DNA of 24,000 bases from Candidatus Binataceae bacterium. Lineage in GTDB: Bacteria; Desulfobacterota; Binatia; Binatales; Binataceae. Under the pieces are notes generated by a model that had not been told where the DNA came from, did not search any database, and was given only the letters and a program-made list of their open reading frames with translations. The stretch covers positions 16,374-40,373 of the forward strand of contig DATFSZ010000118.1 of NCBI GenBank assembly GCA_035262365.1, written 5' to 3'. Position numbers and translations under genes: made by a program. Below, piece by piece: positions 1 through 7,858 of the stretch. Position 1 is the first letter of the stretch. Each line of letters begins with the position of its first letter.

Positions 1-1
1 G

Positions 2-415
2 GTGCACACCTTCGAGATGATGGCTGCGGCGGCCAGTTTCATCATGTGCGGGATCTGCGACCGTTTCCCGCGGCTGCGTGTCGGTTTCATGGAGGCGGGG
101 GGCGGATGGATGCTGGGCTGGCTGGACCGGATGGACCGTCACGTCGATGACAAGGGTATGAACGACGCTGGCTTAACGCACCGCCCGAGCGAACTTTTCG
201 CTCGCCAGTGTTTTATCTCCTTCGAGCCCACGGAAAAAAGCCTGAAGGTCATCGCCGAAGCGATCGGACCTTCCAACATACTGTGGGCCAGCGACTATCC
301 CCATCATGATGGCTTTTGGGGTGCTGCCAAAATGATCAAGAAGATGGCCCTGGGGCCGGAAATCGAAGCCAAGGTCCTTGCCGAAGGCGCCAAGCGATTT
401 TACTCGATGCACTAG
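2..415 (+). CDS. Amidohydrolase-2 family (PF04909-like metal-dependent hydrolase/decarboxylase), C-terminal 137 aa; 5' end lies outside the window
   Basis: ORF open to the window edge, stop TAG 413-415. Motifs FMEAGGGW and LWASDYPHHDG are typical of the C-terminal half of this TIM-barrel family. GC3-rich codon usage. Confidence 0.75.
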   Translation: MHTFEMMAAAASFIMCGICDRFPRLRVGFMEAGGGWMLGWLDRMDRHVDDKGMNDAGLTHRPSELFARQCFISFEPTEKSLKVIAEAIGPSNILWASDYPHHDGFWGAAKMIKKMALGPEIEAKVLAEGAKRFYSMH

Positions 416-639
416 TGCCGATTGCGGCATGAGAAATACGGCAATGCGCGGCGTCCGGAGCAGAAGCGCTCGACACTTTCATTCCGCGCGCCCGCTAGTG
501 ATCTCCGCGATGCGCGCCGCAACTAGTGCGATTGTTTACCGGGCAAAGTCAGCTTCGCGTTGCGGCCGTTGAGATTGATTCTTCGCTCCGAAGAGGCCGC
601 TTTGAATGACACTCGCAGCCCTGCCGGCCAAATGTGCAA

Positions 640-1983
640 TCACGAACCAAGCGCGGCGGGATTGCTGGCGGGGTCGCGTTTGCCCGACGGCGGCAGCGGG
701 CGTGAGCCGGGCTTCCGCTGGTAGGAATTTACCAGGCCGAGACTCTTGCCTATCTCGCGCAGGGCGGGCGCGACCTCCTGGCCGAACAGCCGGATACTGG
801 TCTTGCGCTGTTCGTGGGTAAGCGGCCCGCTTGCCTGTGAGATCGAATAGAGGCCGGGACGCAACACCTCCAGGGTCTTGCGGCACTTGGCGATCACTGT
901 TTTCGGACTGCCGGTTACGATCTGGTAGCTCTTCTGCGCATCATCGTATCCGGCGTAAAGGGACTCGCGCGCCGCCGCGAGATCGATCTCACCTCGCGCC
1001 AACCGCGCGCGCGCTCCAGCCGCCTCGGCGCCGCCCGATTGATCCGGATTTGCGCCGATTCCCAACAGCGACGTGCGTTGCTGCTGGCGTGCCAGGCGGC
1101 GCGTCGCTTCCTTGGAATTGTAACCCGGCGGAAGTGTCCATTCGGGACGCGCAAAATTCGCCCCGCCGCCGCCCCACAGAAAATTTCTCCCCAGCTCCTC
1201 CGCCTTCTCGTCGCTCTCGGCCACCAATACGCTTTGCAAATAACCAAAGTTCTCCGGACCCGCCTGGTAGCCAAGTTCGGCCGCCTTGTCCGCATACAGT
1301 TCCTGCAGTTCGGCGGTCTTGTCCAGCCCGCCGCCGAAACCGAAATAGGGGTAGCGATGCTCCGCTGCCCACAACACCGATTCCGGGCTGAGGAGTCCGG
1401 GAATCCAAACCGGAGGATGGGGCTTTTGATATGGAAGCGCCCACGGATTGACGAAGCGGAAATGGAAATGCTTGCCCTCGAAGCGAAACGGCCCCGGCTC
1501 CGTCCAGCATTTGATCACCAGGTCGTGCGCCTCGTTGAAGAGCTCGCGATTGAGCGCCGGGCTGACGTTGTTGAAGAGCTGCTCACTCCCCGCGCCCCGT
1601 ACCCATCCGGCCACCAGTCTTCCGCGCGAAATAAGATCGATTTCAGCCAGCTCCTCAGCCAGCCGCACCGGATTGCGGACCACGGGCAGAGGGTTGCCCA
1701 GCAGCACGATTTTGATCCGGTTCGTGATACGAGCCAGGATCGCCGCCTCGACGTCCATCACCGAGCCCATGCAGTAGGGCGTGCCGTGATGCTCGTTGAG
1801 CATGATCGCATCGAAGCCCATCTCTTCCGCGTACACCGCCTCGTCGAGGTACATGTTGTAAAGATCGGAGGCCTTCTGCGGGTCGTGGAAGCGGTTGGGC
1901 AGTCCAAAAAAACCGCGGTTCCTGATGATTTCTTCTTCAGGAGCGTGATAGTAGGTGCGCTCGGTAAAGTACATTAACAGCAT
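640..1983 (-). CDS. LLM-class (luciferase-like) flavin-dependent oxidoreductase, 447 aa
   Basis: N-terminal EEMGFDAIMLNEHHGTPY and later GRLVAGWVRG resemble bacterial luciferase-like monooxygenases (PF00296 expected). ATG at 1983, alternative ATG at 1974. No Shine-Dalgarno sequence upstream. Confidence 0.8.
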   Translation of the reverse strand: MLLMYFTERTYYHAPEEEIIRNRGFFGLPNRFHDPQKASDLYNMYLDEAVYAEEMGFDAIMLNEHHGTPYCMGSVMDVEAAILARITNRIKIVLLGNPLPVVRNPVRLAEELAEIDLISRGRLVAGWVRGAGSEQLFNNVSPALNRELFNEAHDLVIKCWTEPGPFRFEGKHFHFRFVNPWALPYQKPHPPVWIPGLLSPESVLWAAEHRYPYFGFGGGLDKTAELQELYADKAAELGYQAGPENFGYLQSVLVAESDEKAEELGRNFLWGGGGANFARPEWTLPPGYNSKEATRRLARQQQRTSLLGIGANPDQSGGAEAAGARARLARGEIDLAAARESLYAGYDDAQKSYQIVTGSPKTVIAKCRKTLEVLRPGLYSISQASGPLTHEQRKTSIRLFGQEVAPALREIGKSLGLVNSYQRKPGSRPLPPSGKRDPASNPAALGS

Positions 1984-1988
1984 GGGAA

Positions 1989-2017
1989 TATATTGTACCG
2001 GCGTCTAATAAATGCAA
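1989..2017 (-). promoter_or_regulatory. Possible sigma70-type promoter for the LLM gene, giving a leaderless or near-leaderless mRNA
   Basis: On the minus strand: TTGCAT (2017-2012), 17-nt spacer, AATATA (1994-1989), overlapping TACAAT (1997-1992). The -10 element ends 6-9 nt before the ATG at 1983 and there is no SD. Confidence 0.25.
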
Positions 2018-2027
2018 GTACTATGGA

Positions 2028-2044
2028 GCCCGCCAATAGCGGGC
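2028..2044 (-). terminator. Weak GC hairpin downstream of the membrane-protein gene
   Basis: gcccgc (2028-2033) / gcgggc (2039-2044), 5-nt loop, about 28 nt after the stop at 2073. The downstream minus-strand sequence is only moderately U-rich. Confidence 0.25.
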
Positions 2045-2072
2045 GTCCCAGACCCTGCCGGTGCAAAGCGGA

Positions 2073-2978
2073 CTAAATGCCGCGCTGCGCAACCACTGCC
2101 GGTGCCGCGGATGCGGGGGCCGGTTCGGTATCGTACGGGAAATCCTCCAGATGGCGCTCGATATCCGCCGCGGTGGCGCGGCTGCCGGGGCGGCTTAAGA
2201 GGTTGGCAATCAGGGCCAGGAACGGCAGGAAGATGAAAATCGCCGACCAGCCGATAGTCGGTGCGCCAACCCTGAACAGCATCGTGATCGCGAAACCAAC
2301 GATTCCCAGATAAAGCCCCGGGCCAAGCAGCCAACGCATAGGAAAATTGGGCACCACTCCTAGCGGCTTGCTGCGGCGCGGCGCCAGGCGCGCGTCGAGA
2401 AACTGAAACATCGCCACCGCCACGGCGGCCACGAAGAACCATCCCAGGTAATTGCTGATTGGCACCCCAAAGTGCGGTCCGGGCGGGTCGTACCAGAAGA
2501 GGCGGCCCAGAAACCATCGGTCGCCCAGCACGCACAGCGGGTCGAGCGCCAGGTCAACCATCGTCATGAACAGCGCGGCCATCATCCAGACGCGCGGCGA
2601 GCGTCGAATCGCCCGCGTGTCGTAGAGCTTCAGGTCCAGACCATGGCGCCTGACGGGCGCCGCCAAAATCAGGGCAACCGTGTAGCTGGCGAAGGACAGA
2701 AAGGTGAACGACAGCGAATCCATAAAGGGAACGCCGAACACCCATATCTCGCGGCCCATGGTGGCCGGAATGTAATGGTACAGGCCGAACGGAAAGCCGT
2801 TGCGCACCGAACTCCATTCGCACGCCAGCGCCACCACGTAGGTAAGGACAGTGAAGATCGCCGTGGTCCGAACGCCGAAGTTCACGATCGAAACGAACAG
2901 AAAGACGGCCAGAAAGAGGAACACGTAAGGCCGCAGTGCGATGGTCGACAACAACAGCTCCACACCCGAATTATACAC
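2073..2978 (-). CDS. Polytopic membrane protein, carotenoid biosynthesis protein family (PF04240/DUF422, CruF-like) suspected
   Basis: 301 aa with multiple hydrophobic helices. The segment ACEWSSVRNGFPFGLYHYIPATMGREIWVFGVPF matches my recollection of the E..G.(F/Y)G.Y.Y...G...GVP core of PF04240. GTG start at 2978 (no SD); alternative GTG at 2963. Confidence 0.55.
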   Translation of the reverse strand: MYNSGVELLLSTIALRPYVFLFLAVFLFVSIVNFGVRTTAIFTVLTYVVALACEWSSVRNGFPFGLYHYIPATMGREIWVFGVPFMDSLSFTFLSFASYTVALILAAPVRRHGLDLKLYDTRAIRRSPRVWMMAALFMTMVDLALDPLCVLGDRWFLGRLFWYDPPGPHFGVPISNYLGWFFVAAVAVAMFQFLDARLAPRRSKPLGVVPNFPMRWLLGPGLYLGIVGFAITMLFRVGAPTIGWSAIFIFLPFLALIANLLSRPGSRATAADIERHLEDFPYDTEPAPASAAPAVVAQRGI

Positions 2979-3056
2979 ACTGCGGAGTTGTTGTCAGTCG
3001 GGAAGCTATGAGCGCGTGAAGATCGATCCACCACAGGCCGCTCCTCACACGACGGT

Positions 3057-3453
3057 TCAGAAATTAACCGCCGTCGGTGCGCCGGTCCGGATGCGCTCGA
3101 TCGCGGAGAGCCGCCGCTCGAAGGCGGCTTGCATTACGCGCAACTCCCGCCGATGGTTGGCTTCCAGTTCAGCCATCCCGCGCTCAGTGGCGATTTTCTC
3201 CGCGCCACCTGGTCGGACAATTTCCGCAACTCGCCGGCCTCCTTCTGCAGCTTGTTGAGCAGCATCGCGCTGAGCATCGAGTAACGCACCGTCTGGACCT
3301 TGCCGTCGGACCCTAAACCACCAGCTCCGGTAGATCTTCGCGACCTCTTCCGCCACCAGCCCGTACTGGAGTGTGCCGGCGGGATCGTTGTTGTACCGAA
3401 AGGAGACTGGCCGCAGCTTCAGCAGCCCCTGGCTGGCGCCGCCCATGTCGCGG
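3057..3453 (-). pseudogene. Orphan, frameshifted 3' fragment of a tail-fibre/S74 chaperone-domain gene (paralogous to the 3' end of 3518-5236)
   Basis: DNA 3243-3453 aligns with 3702-3914 at roughly 85-90 percent identity by eye. The peptide MGGASQGLLKLRPVSFRYNNDPAGTLQYGLVAEEVAKIY matches MGGASQGLLKLRPVTFRYNNDPTGTRQYGLVAEEVAKVY of the intact gene. A 2-nt deletion near 3318-3330 breaks the frame. GSDGKVQTVRYSMLSAMLLNKLQKE continues in another frame and a second shift restores the coiled-coil tail. Homology stops at about 3453, after the Ser/Lys catalytic site, so the fragment has no N-terminal part. Confidence 0.8.
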
Positions 3454-3517
3454 GGTGGATCAGGCGACCCACCCCGCCAGCCACAAAAATGCGCAGAGTA
3501 TCTGGAACGCGCTGCTT

Positions 3518-5236
3518 CTAGCGTTCCATCGCAGCCGCCAGCTTGATCCCGTCGGTCTTGGCCATCTGCTCCATAGCGGCCTTCAAGGCATCCACTTGCC
3601 TAGACATTTGCTCCATCCGCGCGTTGACAACCTGTTGTGCGGCCACTTGCGCGGACAGTCTTTTGATCTGCTCGGCCTGGCGGGCATTTTCCCGGCTTTG
3701 TTTCTGCAGCTCGTTGAGCAGCATTGCGCTGAGCACCGAGTAACGCACCGTTTGTACCTTGCCGTCGGGTCCGTAGGCCACCAGCTCGGGGTAAACCTTC
3801 GCGACCTCTTCCGCCACCAGTCCATACTGCCGAGTGCCGGTGGGATCGTTGTTGTAGCGGAAAGTGACGGGGCGCAGCTTCAGCAGCCCCTGGCTGGCGC
3901 CGCCCATGCCGCGGATATCGTGCTTGTAGCGCGCCGAGGAAGTCGCGATTCCCAATTGGCCCGCACTACTGACCACCACATCAACACCGCTCATAATTCC
4001 GACGCCGGCGATCCCCGCCACGAAGGCTGCGGCCTGCGTCCCCTGCGTCCCGATACGGATGGTCTTGGCGTCGGTGGCTGACCCGGTGTTGCCGATTTCA
4101 ATATTGTTGGCGCCTGTGGTCAGGTTCATTCCCGCCTGATAGCCGAGCGCGACGTTGAAGCCACCCGACGTGTTGTTGTACAACGCGTCGAGCCCGACGC
4201 CGGTGTTGCTCTGTCCGTTAATGTTCTTGACCAGCGCGTTGACGCCGGCGGCTGTATTGAGACTGCCCGTGGTGTTCGCGGCCAGGGCCTGGTATCCGGC
4301 TGCCGTGTTGAAGTTGCCAGTCGTGTTCTTGCGCAGCGCCAGCGCTCCCGTTGCGGTTTCATCGATTCCCGTTGAGTTCTGCGTCAGGGCCAGGGTTCCG
4401 AGGGCAGAGTTGTTGGAACCCGTGCTGTTGGCAGACAGCGCTCCCTGCCCGGCAGCCGTGTTGCTGCTCCCGCTGGTATTATTGGCCAGCGCTGCCTGTC
4501 CATCCGCGGTGTTGCTGCTGCCGGTGTTGTTGAGCCCCAAGGCCCCCGAACCCTCGGCGGTGTTGAAATTTCCATTGTTATTGCCGAGCGCGCCCGAGCC
4601 CACCGCCGTGTTGTTGCTGCCGGTCGAATTCATGTCTAGCGCGAACGCGCCGTCGGCGGTGTTGGAAGTACCGACGGTATTGTTGCCCAGCGCATCGAAG
4701 CCGGTGGCGGTATTATCACTGGCAGTCGTATTTTCGAACAACGCACCGGTGCCGACAGCGGTGTTTCCGTTTCCATGGGTGTTAAACCGCAGGGCTTCAT
4801 CGCCAACAGCAGTGTTGCCGTCGCCGTCGATGCTGGTGAGCAGCGCATCGAAACCAACCGCGGTATTTCCCCCACCTATGGTATTTTTCTGGAGCGCAAA
4901 TGAGCCATCCGCGGTGTTGTCAAAGCCGCTGGAGCTCAATTCAAGCGACTGATAGCCGGTGGCGGTGTTGTCACCGCCGGTTTTGTTGCTGGCCAGCGCA
5001 AAGAAACCGAATGCGCTGTTATCATTAGCCGAGGTATTCTGGTCGAGCGCCGCGTCCCCGAAACCAGTGTTGAAACTGCCGGTGTTGGCTAACAGCACCC
5101 CGCTGCCGCCGGCGGTGTTGCCGTTGGCATCGCTCGGCGTCGGATTGGGCGGCGGCCCGCTCCAACTCGGGCTCGTTGATAATCCCAGTAAAAGTCCCAA
5201 ACCGAGGACCGCCGCCGCGGTATGCCGTTTTTGCAT
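3518..5236 (-). CDS. Secreted repeat protein with C-terminal peptidase S74 / intramolecular chaperone auto-processing domain (tail fiber domain-containing protein), 572 aa
   Basis: Signal peptide MQKRHTAAAVLGLGLLLGLSTSPSWS. About 21 tandem 17-residue repeats NTAxGxxALxxNTxGxx (residues about 39-395). C-terminal SSARYKHDIRGMGG...FRYNNDP...YGLVAEEVAKVYPELV...GKVQTVRYSVLSAMLLNELQK is the S74/CIMCD signature (PF13884 expected), followed by a coiled coil. Strong SD AAGGAG (5247-5242) lies 5 nt before ATG 5236. Confidence 0.9.
   Translation of the reverse strand: MQKRHTAAAVLGLGLLLGLSTSPSWSGPPPNPTPSDANGNTAGGSGVLLANTGSFNTGFGDAALDQNTSANDNSAFGFFALASNKTGGDNTATGYQSLELSSSGFDNTADGSFALQKNTIGGGNTAVGFDALLTSIDGDGNTAVGDEALRFNTHGNGNTAVGTGALFENTTASDNTATGFDALGNNTVGTSNTADGAFALDMNSTGSNNTAVGSGALGNNNGNFNTAEGSGALGLNNTGSSNTADGQAALANNTSGSSNTAAGQGALSANSTGSNNSALGTLALTQNSTGIDETATGALALRKNTTGNFNTAAGYQALAANTTGSLNTAAGVNALVKNINGQSNTGVGLDALYNNTSGGFNVALGYQAGMNLTTGANNIEIGNTGSATDAKTIRIGTQGTQAAAFVAGIAGVGIMSGVDVVVSSAGQLGIATSSARYKHDIRGMGGASQGLLKLRPVTFRYNNDPTGTRQYGLVAEEVAKVYPELVAYGPDGKVQTVRYSVLSAMLLNELQKQSRENARQAEQIKRLSAQVAAQQVVNARMEQMSRQVDALKAAMEQMAKTDGIKLAAAMER
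4052..5122 (-). repeat. Coding tandem repeat with 51-bp (17-codon) period, about 21 units
   Basis: The Asn of the N-T-A motif recurs at residues 40, 56, 73, 90, 107, 124, 141, 158, 175, 192, 209, 225, 242, 259, 276, 293, 310, 327, 344, 361 and 378. That is a 17-residue spacing with two 16-residue exceptions. Confidence 0.9.
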
Positions 5237-5280
5237 ATTAACTCCTTTTGCTTTGCGTGGTTTTTACTTAGGCTCTTATA

Positions 5281-5308
5281 ATTTTGCTAATCCTTTCCAT
5301 TTTGTCAA
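5281..5308 (-). promoter_or_regulatory. Candidate sigma70-type promoter of the tail-fibre-like gene
   Basis: Minus strand TTGACA (5308-5303), 16-nt spacer, CAAAAT (5286-5281), inside a visibly AT-richer 200-nt spacer. It would give a leader of about 38 nt containing the AAGGAG SD. Confidence 0.35.
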
Positions 5309-5443
5309 TCTATGGCGTAAAAGACTGACTTTTACACCGTTGACAAATTCTTTTTTGAAGAAAGCGCAAAATGCGCAACGGCCTGCGGCCATCGCCGCGC
5401 CTGCGGATCAATCCGCCGGCTTGTGGAATGTTAAAAAAAGAAG

Positions 5444-6442
5444 CTACCTGGCGGGGGCGGCGCCGATCATCCGATAGTAGTTGACGGCGTCGCTCAAAGC
5501 CGTGTCGATGGACCCGGGATCGTAGCCCAACTCGCGCCCGGCCTTGGTGTGGTCGAAGAACATCTTCTTGTGCGCCATCCGCACCTCGGTCAGGCTGGCG
5601 CGCGGCGGCCGCCGGGTGATGCGGCGCGAGACGAAATCGGCGCCGAGCGCGAACCCCAGCGCCACGTGGTATGGAATTCTCAACCGCGGCGCCGGCCTGC
5701 CCGAAATGAAGGCGAGCCGCTCAAACAACTGGCGCAAGCTGAGGTTCTCGCCGCCCAGGATATATTTCTCGCCCAGCCGGCCTCGTTCCGCGGCCAGCAG
5801 ATGCCCTTGCGCGCAATGGGCTACGTCAACCAGGTTGAGCCCGGTATCGAGATAGGCAGGCATTCGCCCGTTGAGAAAATCGACGATGACACGCCCGGTC
5901 GGCGTTGGCTTGTAGTCCAGCGCGCCGATCGGAGTCGAAGGGTTCACCACCACCACTGGGACGCCTTCGCGCGCGGCGGCCAACGCCGCCTGCTCCGCCA
6001 GGAACTTGGAGCGCTTGTAGGGACCGACCATGTCATCGAGCCTGACAGGAGTATCCTCGGTGCCCGAGGCTCCCTTGGGAACGCCGAGCGCGCCAACCGT
6101 GCTGGTATGGATTACGCGGCCGACCTGGTGGCGGCGCGCGGCGGCCAGGACATTGCGCGTGCCCTGTACGTTGGTCGCATACATCGGGGCCTCATCGATC
6201 ACCCACAGGCGGTAGTCGGCTGCGACGTTGTAGATCTCATCGCATCCGCGGGCCGCTTGGGCCACTGACTCCGCATCGCGCAGGTCGCCGATTACGTGGT
6301 CGCAGTCCACTCCCTCAAGCGCGCGTACATCGGCGCCGGCCCTGACCAGGACGCGCACGTGGTCGCCGCGATTCACCAGGGCGCGCGCAACGTAGCATCC
6401 AACAAAACCATTGCCGCCCGTGACCAGCGACGTTCTGGGCAT
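5444..6442 (-). CDS. hpnA: Hopanoid-associated sugar epimerase/NAD-dependent epimerase-dehydratase HpnA, 332 aa
   Basis: LVTGGNGFVGCYV Rossmann motif and the AADYRLW...YATNVQGTRN block as in HpnA-family proteins. The start lies 6 nt after the hpnE stop. Confidence 0.85.
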   Translation of the reverse strand: MPRTSLVTGGNGFVGCYVARALVNRGDHVRVLVRAGADVRALEGVDCDHVIGDLRDAESVAQAARGCDEIYNVAADYRLWVIDEAPMYATNVQGTRNVLAAARRHQVGRVIHTSTVGALGVPKGASGTEDTPVRLDDMVGPYKRSKFLAEQAALAAAREGVPVVVVNPSTPIGALDYKPTPTGRVIVDFLNGRMPAYLDTGLNLVDVAHCAQGHLLAAERGRLGEKYILGGENLSLRQLFERLAFISGRPAPRLRIPYHVALGFALGADFVSRRITRRPPRASLTEVRMAHKKMFFDHTKAGRELGYDPGSIDTALSDAVNYYRMIGAAPAR

Positions 6443-6448
6443 AGGAAA

Positions 6449-7858
6449 CTACTCCAGCACTGGCACTGGCGAGACGCGTCCGACCCGTTTTTGCACCGCG
6501 TCGGCGGCGCCGCGCCCGGAAACCACGGCGCTTTCGATCGTCGCTGGCAAACCGGTTTGGATCCAATCGCCGGCCAGGAACAGGTTGTCGATCGGCGTGC
6601 CTGCGCCCGGTCGCAATTGATGGGACTCGCAATCGGGTGCGATGGTCGCCTGCTTCTCTTTGATCACCAGCGCCTTGACCAGCTTGGCTTCACGCGAAGC
6701 AGGTATCATACGATGCAGATCCTCGAGCACCACGTCGAGCAATTCCTCGTTGGACTTGTCCACCAGCGCGCGGGCGCCGCTGATGACGAAGCTCAGGTAG
6801 CCGCCCTGCTCCCCGCCGCGCTCCTCGAAGATCGCGCGCTTGTTGAAAAGCCATTGGGTGGTCGAGCCGATAAAGCCGACAAAGGCGCAGTCGGTCACGT
6901 CGCGATCGAGCCATACATGAACGCAAATGATCGGGGAGGGTTTGAGCTGCGCCAAGCGCGCGAAGAAGGGATTCTCGCGCATCGCCCCCGACAGCATCGC
7001 CAGCAGCGCGCCGGCGGGAACAGCGGCGACAAAGTTCGCCGCCTCAAGCTTCTTGCCGTCGCGCAGCCGCACGCATCCCACCGTGTGATCGCCGTCCATT
7101 TCCAGGGTTTCGACCCCCATGTGCGGCGCGACAAAGCCGCCGCGTTCGCCGATGAAGTCTTCGGCGGCCTGGCAATAGAGGTCGCTCAAACCGACGGTCG
7201 AGTACACAAAAGCCGAGTCGCGGCGGCGGCCAAAGAAGGCCCGTTTCCACACTTCGGCCAGGAGCGCCGCCGAGGCCTGGTCCGGCTCTTCGTTGAGTGT
7301 GGCGATAGCGAGCGGGAACCAGAAGCATTTGCAGGCGTTATCTGACTGGCGCAGGCTCTTGAGCATTTCCGTAACGGTGGTGTTCTCAAGCCGCTGGCGC
7401 CGGAAACGGCCCAGGCCCATCATCCAGGCCCCGGCCATCAGGACCGAGGCTCGCTCGCCGAGGCTCAGCATCGAATAGCCTATCAGCGCCGACACCATGT
7501 GGAGCGGCCCCGGCAGCCTTCCGGTCTTCAGCCGCCCGCGTTTGCCGCCGGGCGCGATCATTTCCATCTGCAACCGCTCGCGAAACACCAGCTTGTCGTA
7601 CGTGCCGATTTTTTTCAAAAAGTCGAGCGTCTGGGTGTAGCACCCCATCAGCACGTGCTGGCCGTTGTCGACCCAGTCGCCGCCTTCGGGATCCTGGAAG
7701 GAGTAAGCACGCCCGCCCAACTTGGGCTTGCGTTCCAGCACCGCCACCCTGAAACCCGCCTCGGCGAGCGCCACTCCCGCGCTGAGTCCCGCGAAACCGC
7801 CGCCAATTACCACCACGTCCCGCGGATCGGGCATCACGGTGCGATCAAGTTCGGGCAC
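6449..7858 (-). CDS. hpnE: Hydroxysqualene dehydroxylase (squalene-associated FAD-dependent desaturase) HpnE, 469 aa
   Basis: VVVIGGGFAGLSAGVALAEAGFRVAVLERKPKLGGRA FAD-binding fold and amine-oxidase-like length. Lies between hpnD and hpnA. GTG start at 7858 is preceded by GGGAGG (7871-7866) at 7-nt spacing. 14-nt overlap with hpnD. Confidence 0.88.
   Translation of the reverse strand: MPELDRTVMPDPRDVVVIGGGFAGLSAGVALAEAGFRVAVLERKPKLGGRAYSFQDPEGGDWVDNGQHVLMGCYTQTLDFLKKIGTYDKLVFRERLQMEMIAPGGKRGRLKTGRLPGPLHMVSALIGYSMLSLGERASVLMAGAWMMGLGRFRRQRLENTTVTEMLKSLRQSDNACKCFWFPLAIATLNEEPDQASAALLAEVWKRAFFGRRRDSAFVYSTVGLSDLYCQAAEDFIGERGGFVAPHMGVETLEMDGDHTVGCVRLRDGKKLEAANFVAAVPAGALLAMLSGAMRENPFFARLAQLKPSPIICVHVWLDRDVTDCAFVGFIGSTTQWLFNKRAIFEERGGEQGGYLSFVISGARALVDKSNEELLDVVLEDLHRMIPASREAKLVKALVIKEKQATIAPDCESHQLRPGAGTPIDNLFLAGDWIQTGLPATIESAVVSGRGAADAVQKRVGRVSPVPVLE

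Noticed and set aside
430-886. Short ORFs 378-572, 536-886 and 606-821 in and around the convergent spacer
   Set aside because: They have no SD and their composition is typical of non-coding or antisense GC-rich DNA. 536-886 and 606-821 overlap the 3' end of the LLM gene.
4155-4952. 265-aa plus-strand ORF with a striking periodic AVL/PVV repeat
   Set aside because: It is the antisense reading of the 51-bp coding repeat of the 572-aa protein. That sense frame has a signal peptide, an SD and a recognisable S74 domain.
4052-5122. Regular short-period repeat that could superficially suggest a CRISPR array or satellite
   Set aside because: The period is 51 bp with no unique spacers. The units are degenerate at the DNA level but conserved at the protein level (NTAxGxxAL), and they lie in one long ORF.
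3057-5236. A tail-fibre annotation might imply a prophage or tailocin
   Set aside because: No other phage-type genes (capsid, portal, terminase, baseplate, integrase, lysis), no att-like repeats and no tRNA are present in the 24 kb. The protein has a Sec signal peptide, which fits a cellular surface protein.
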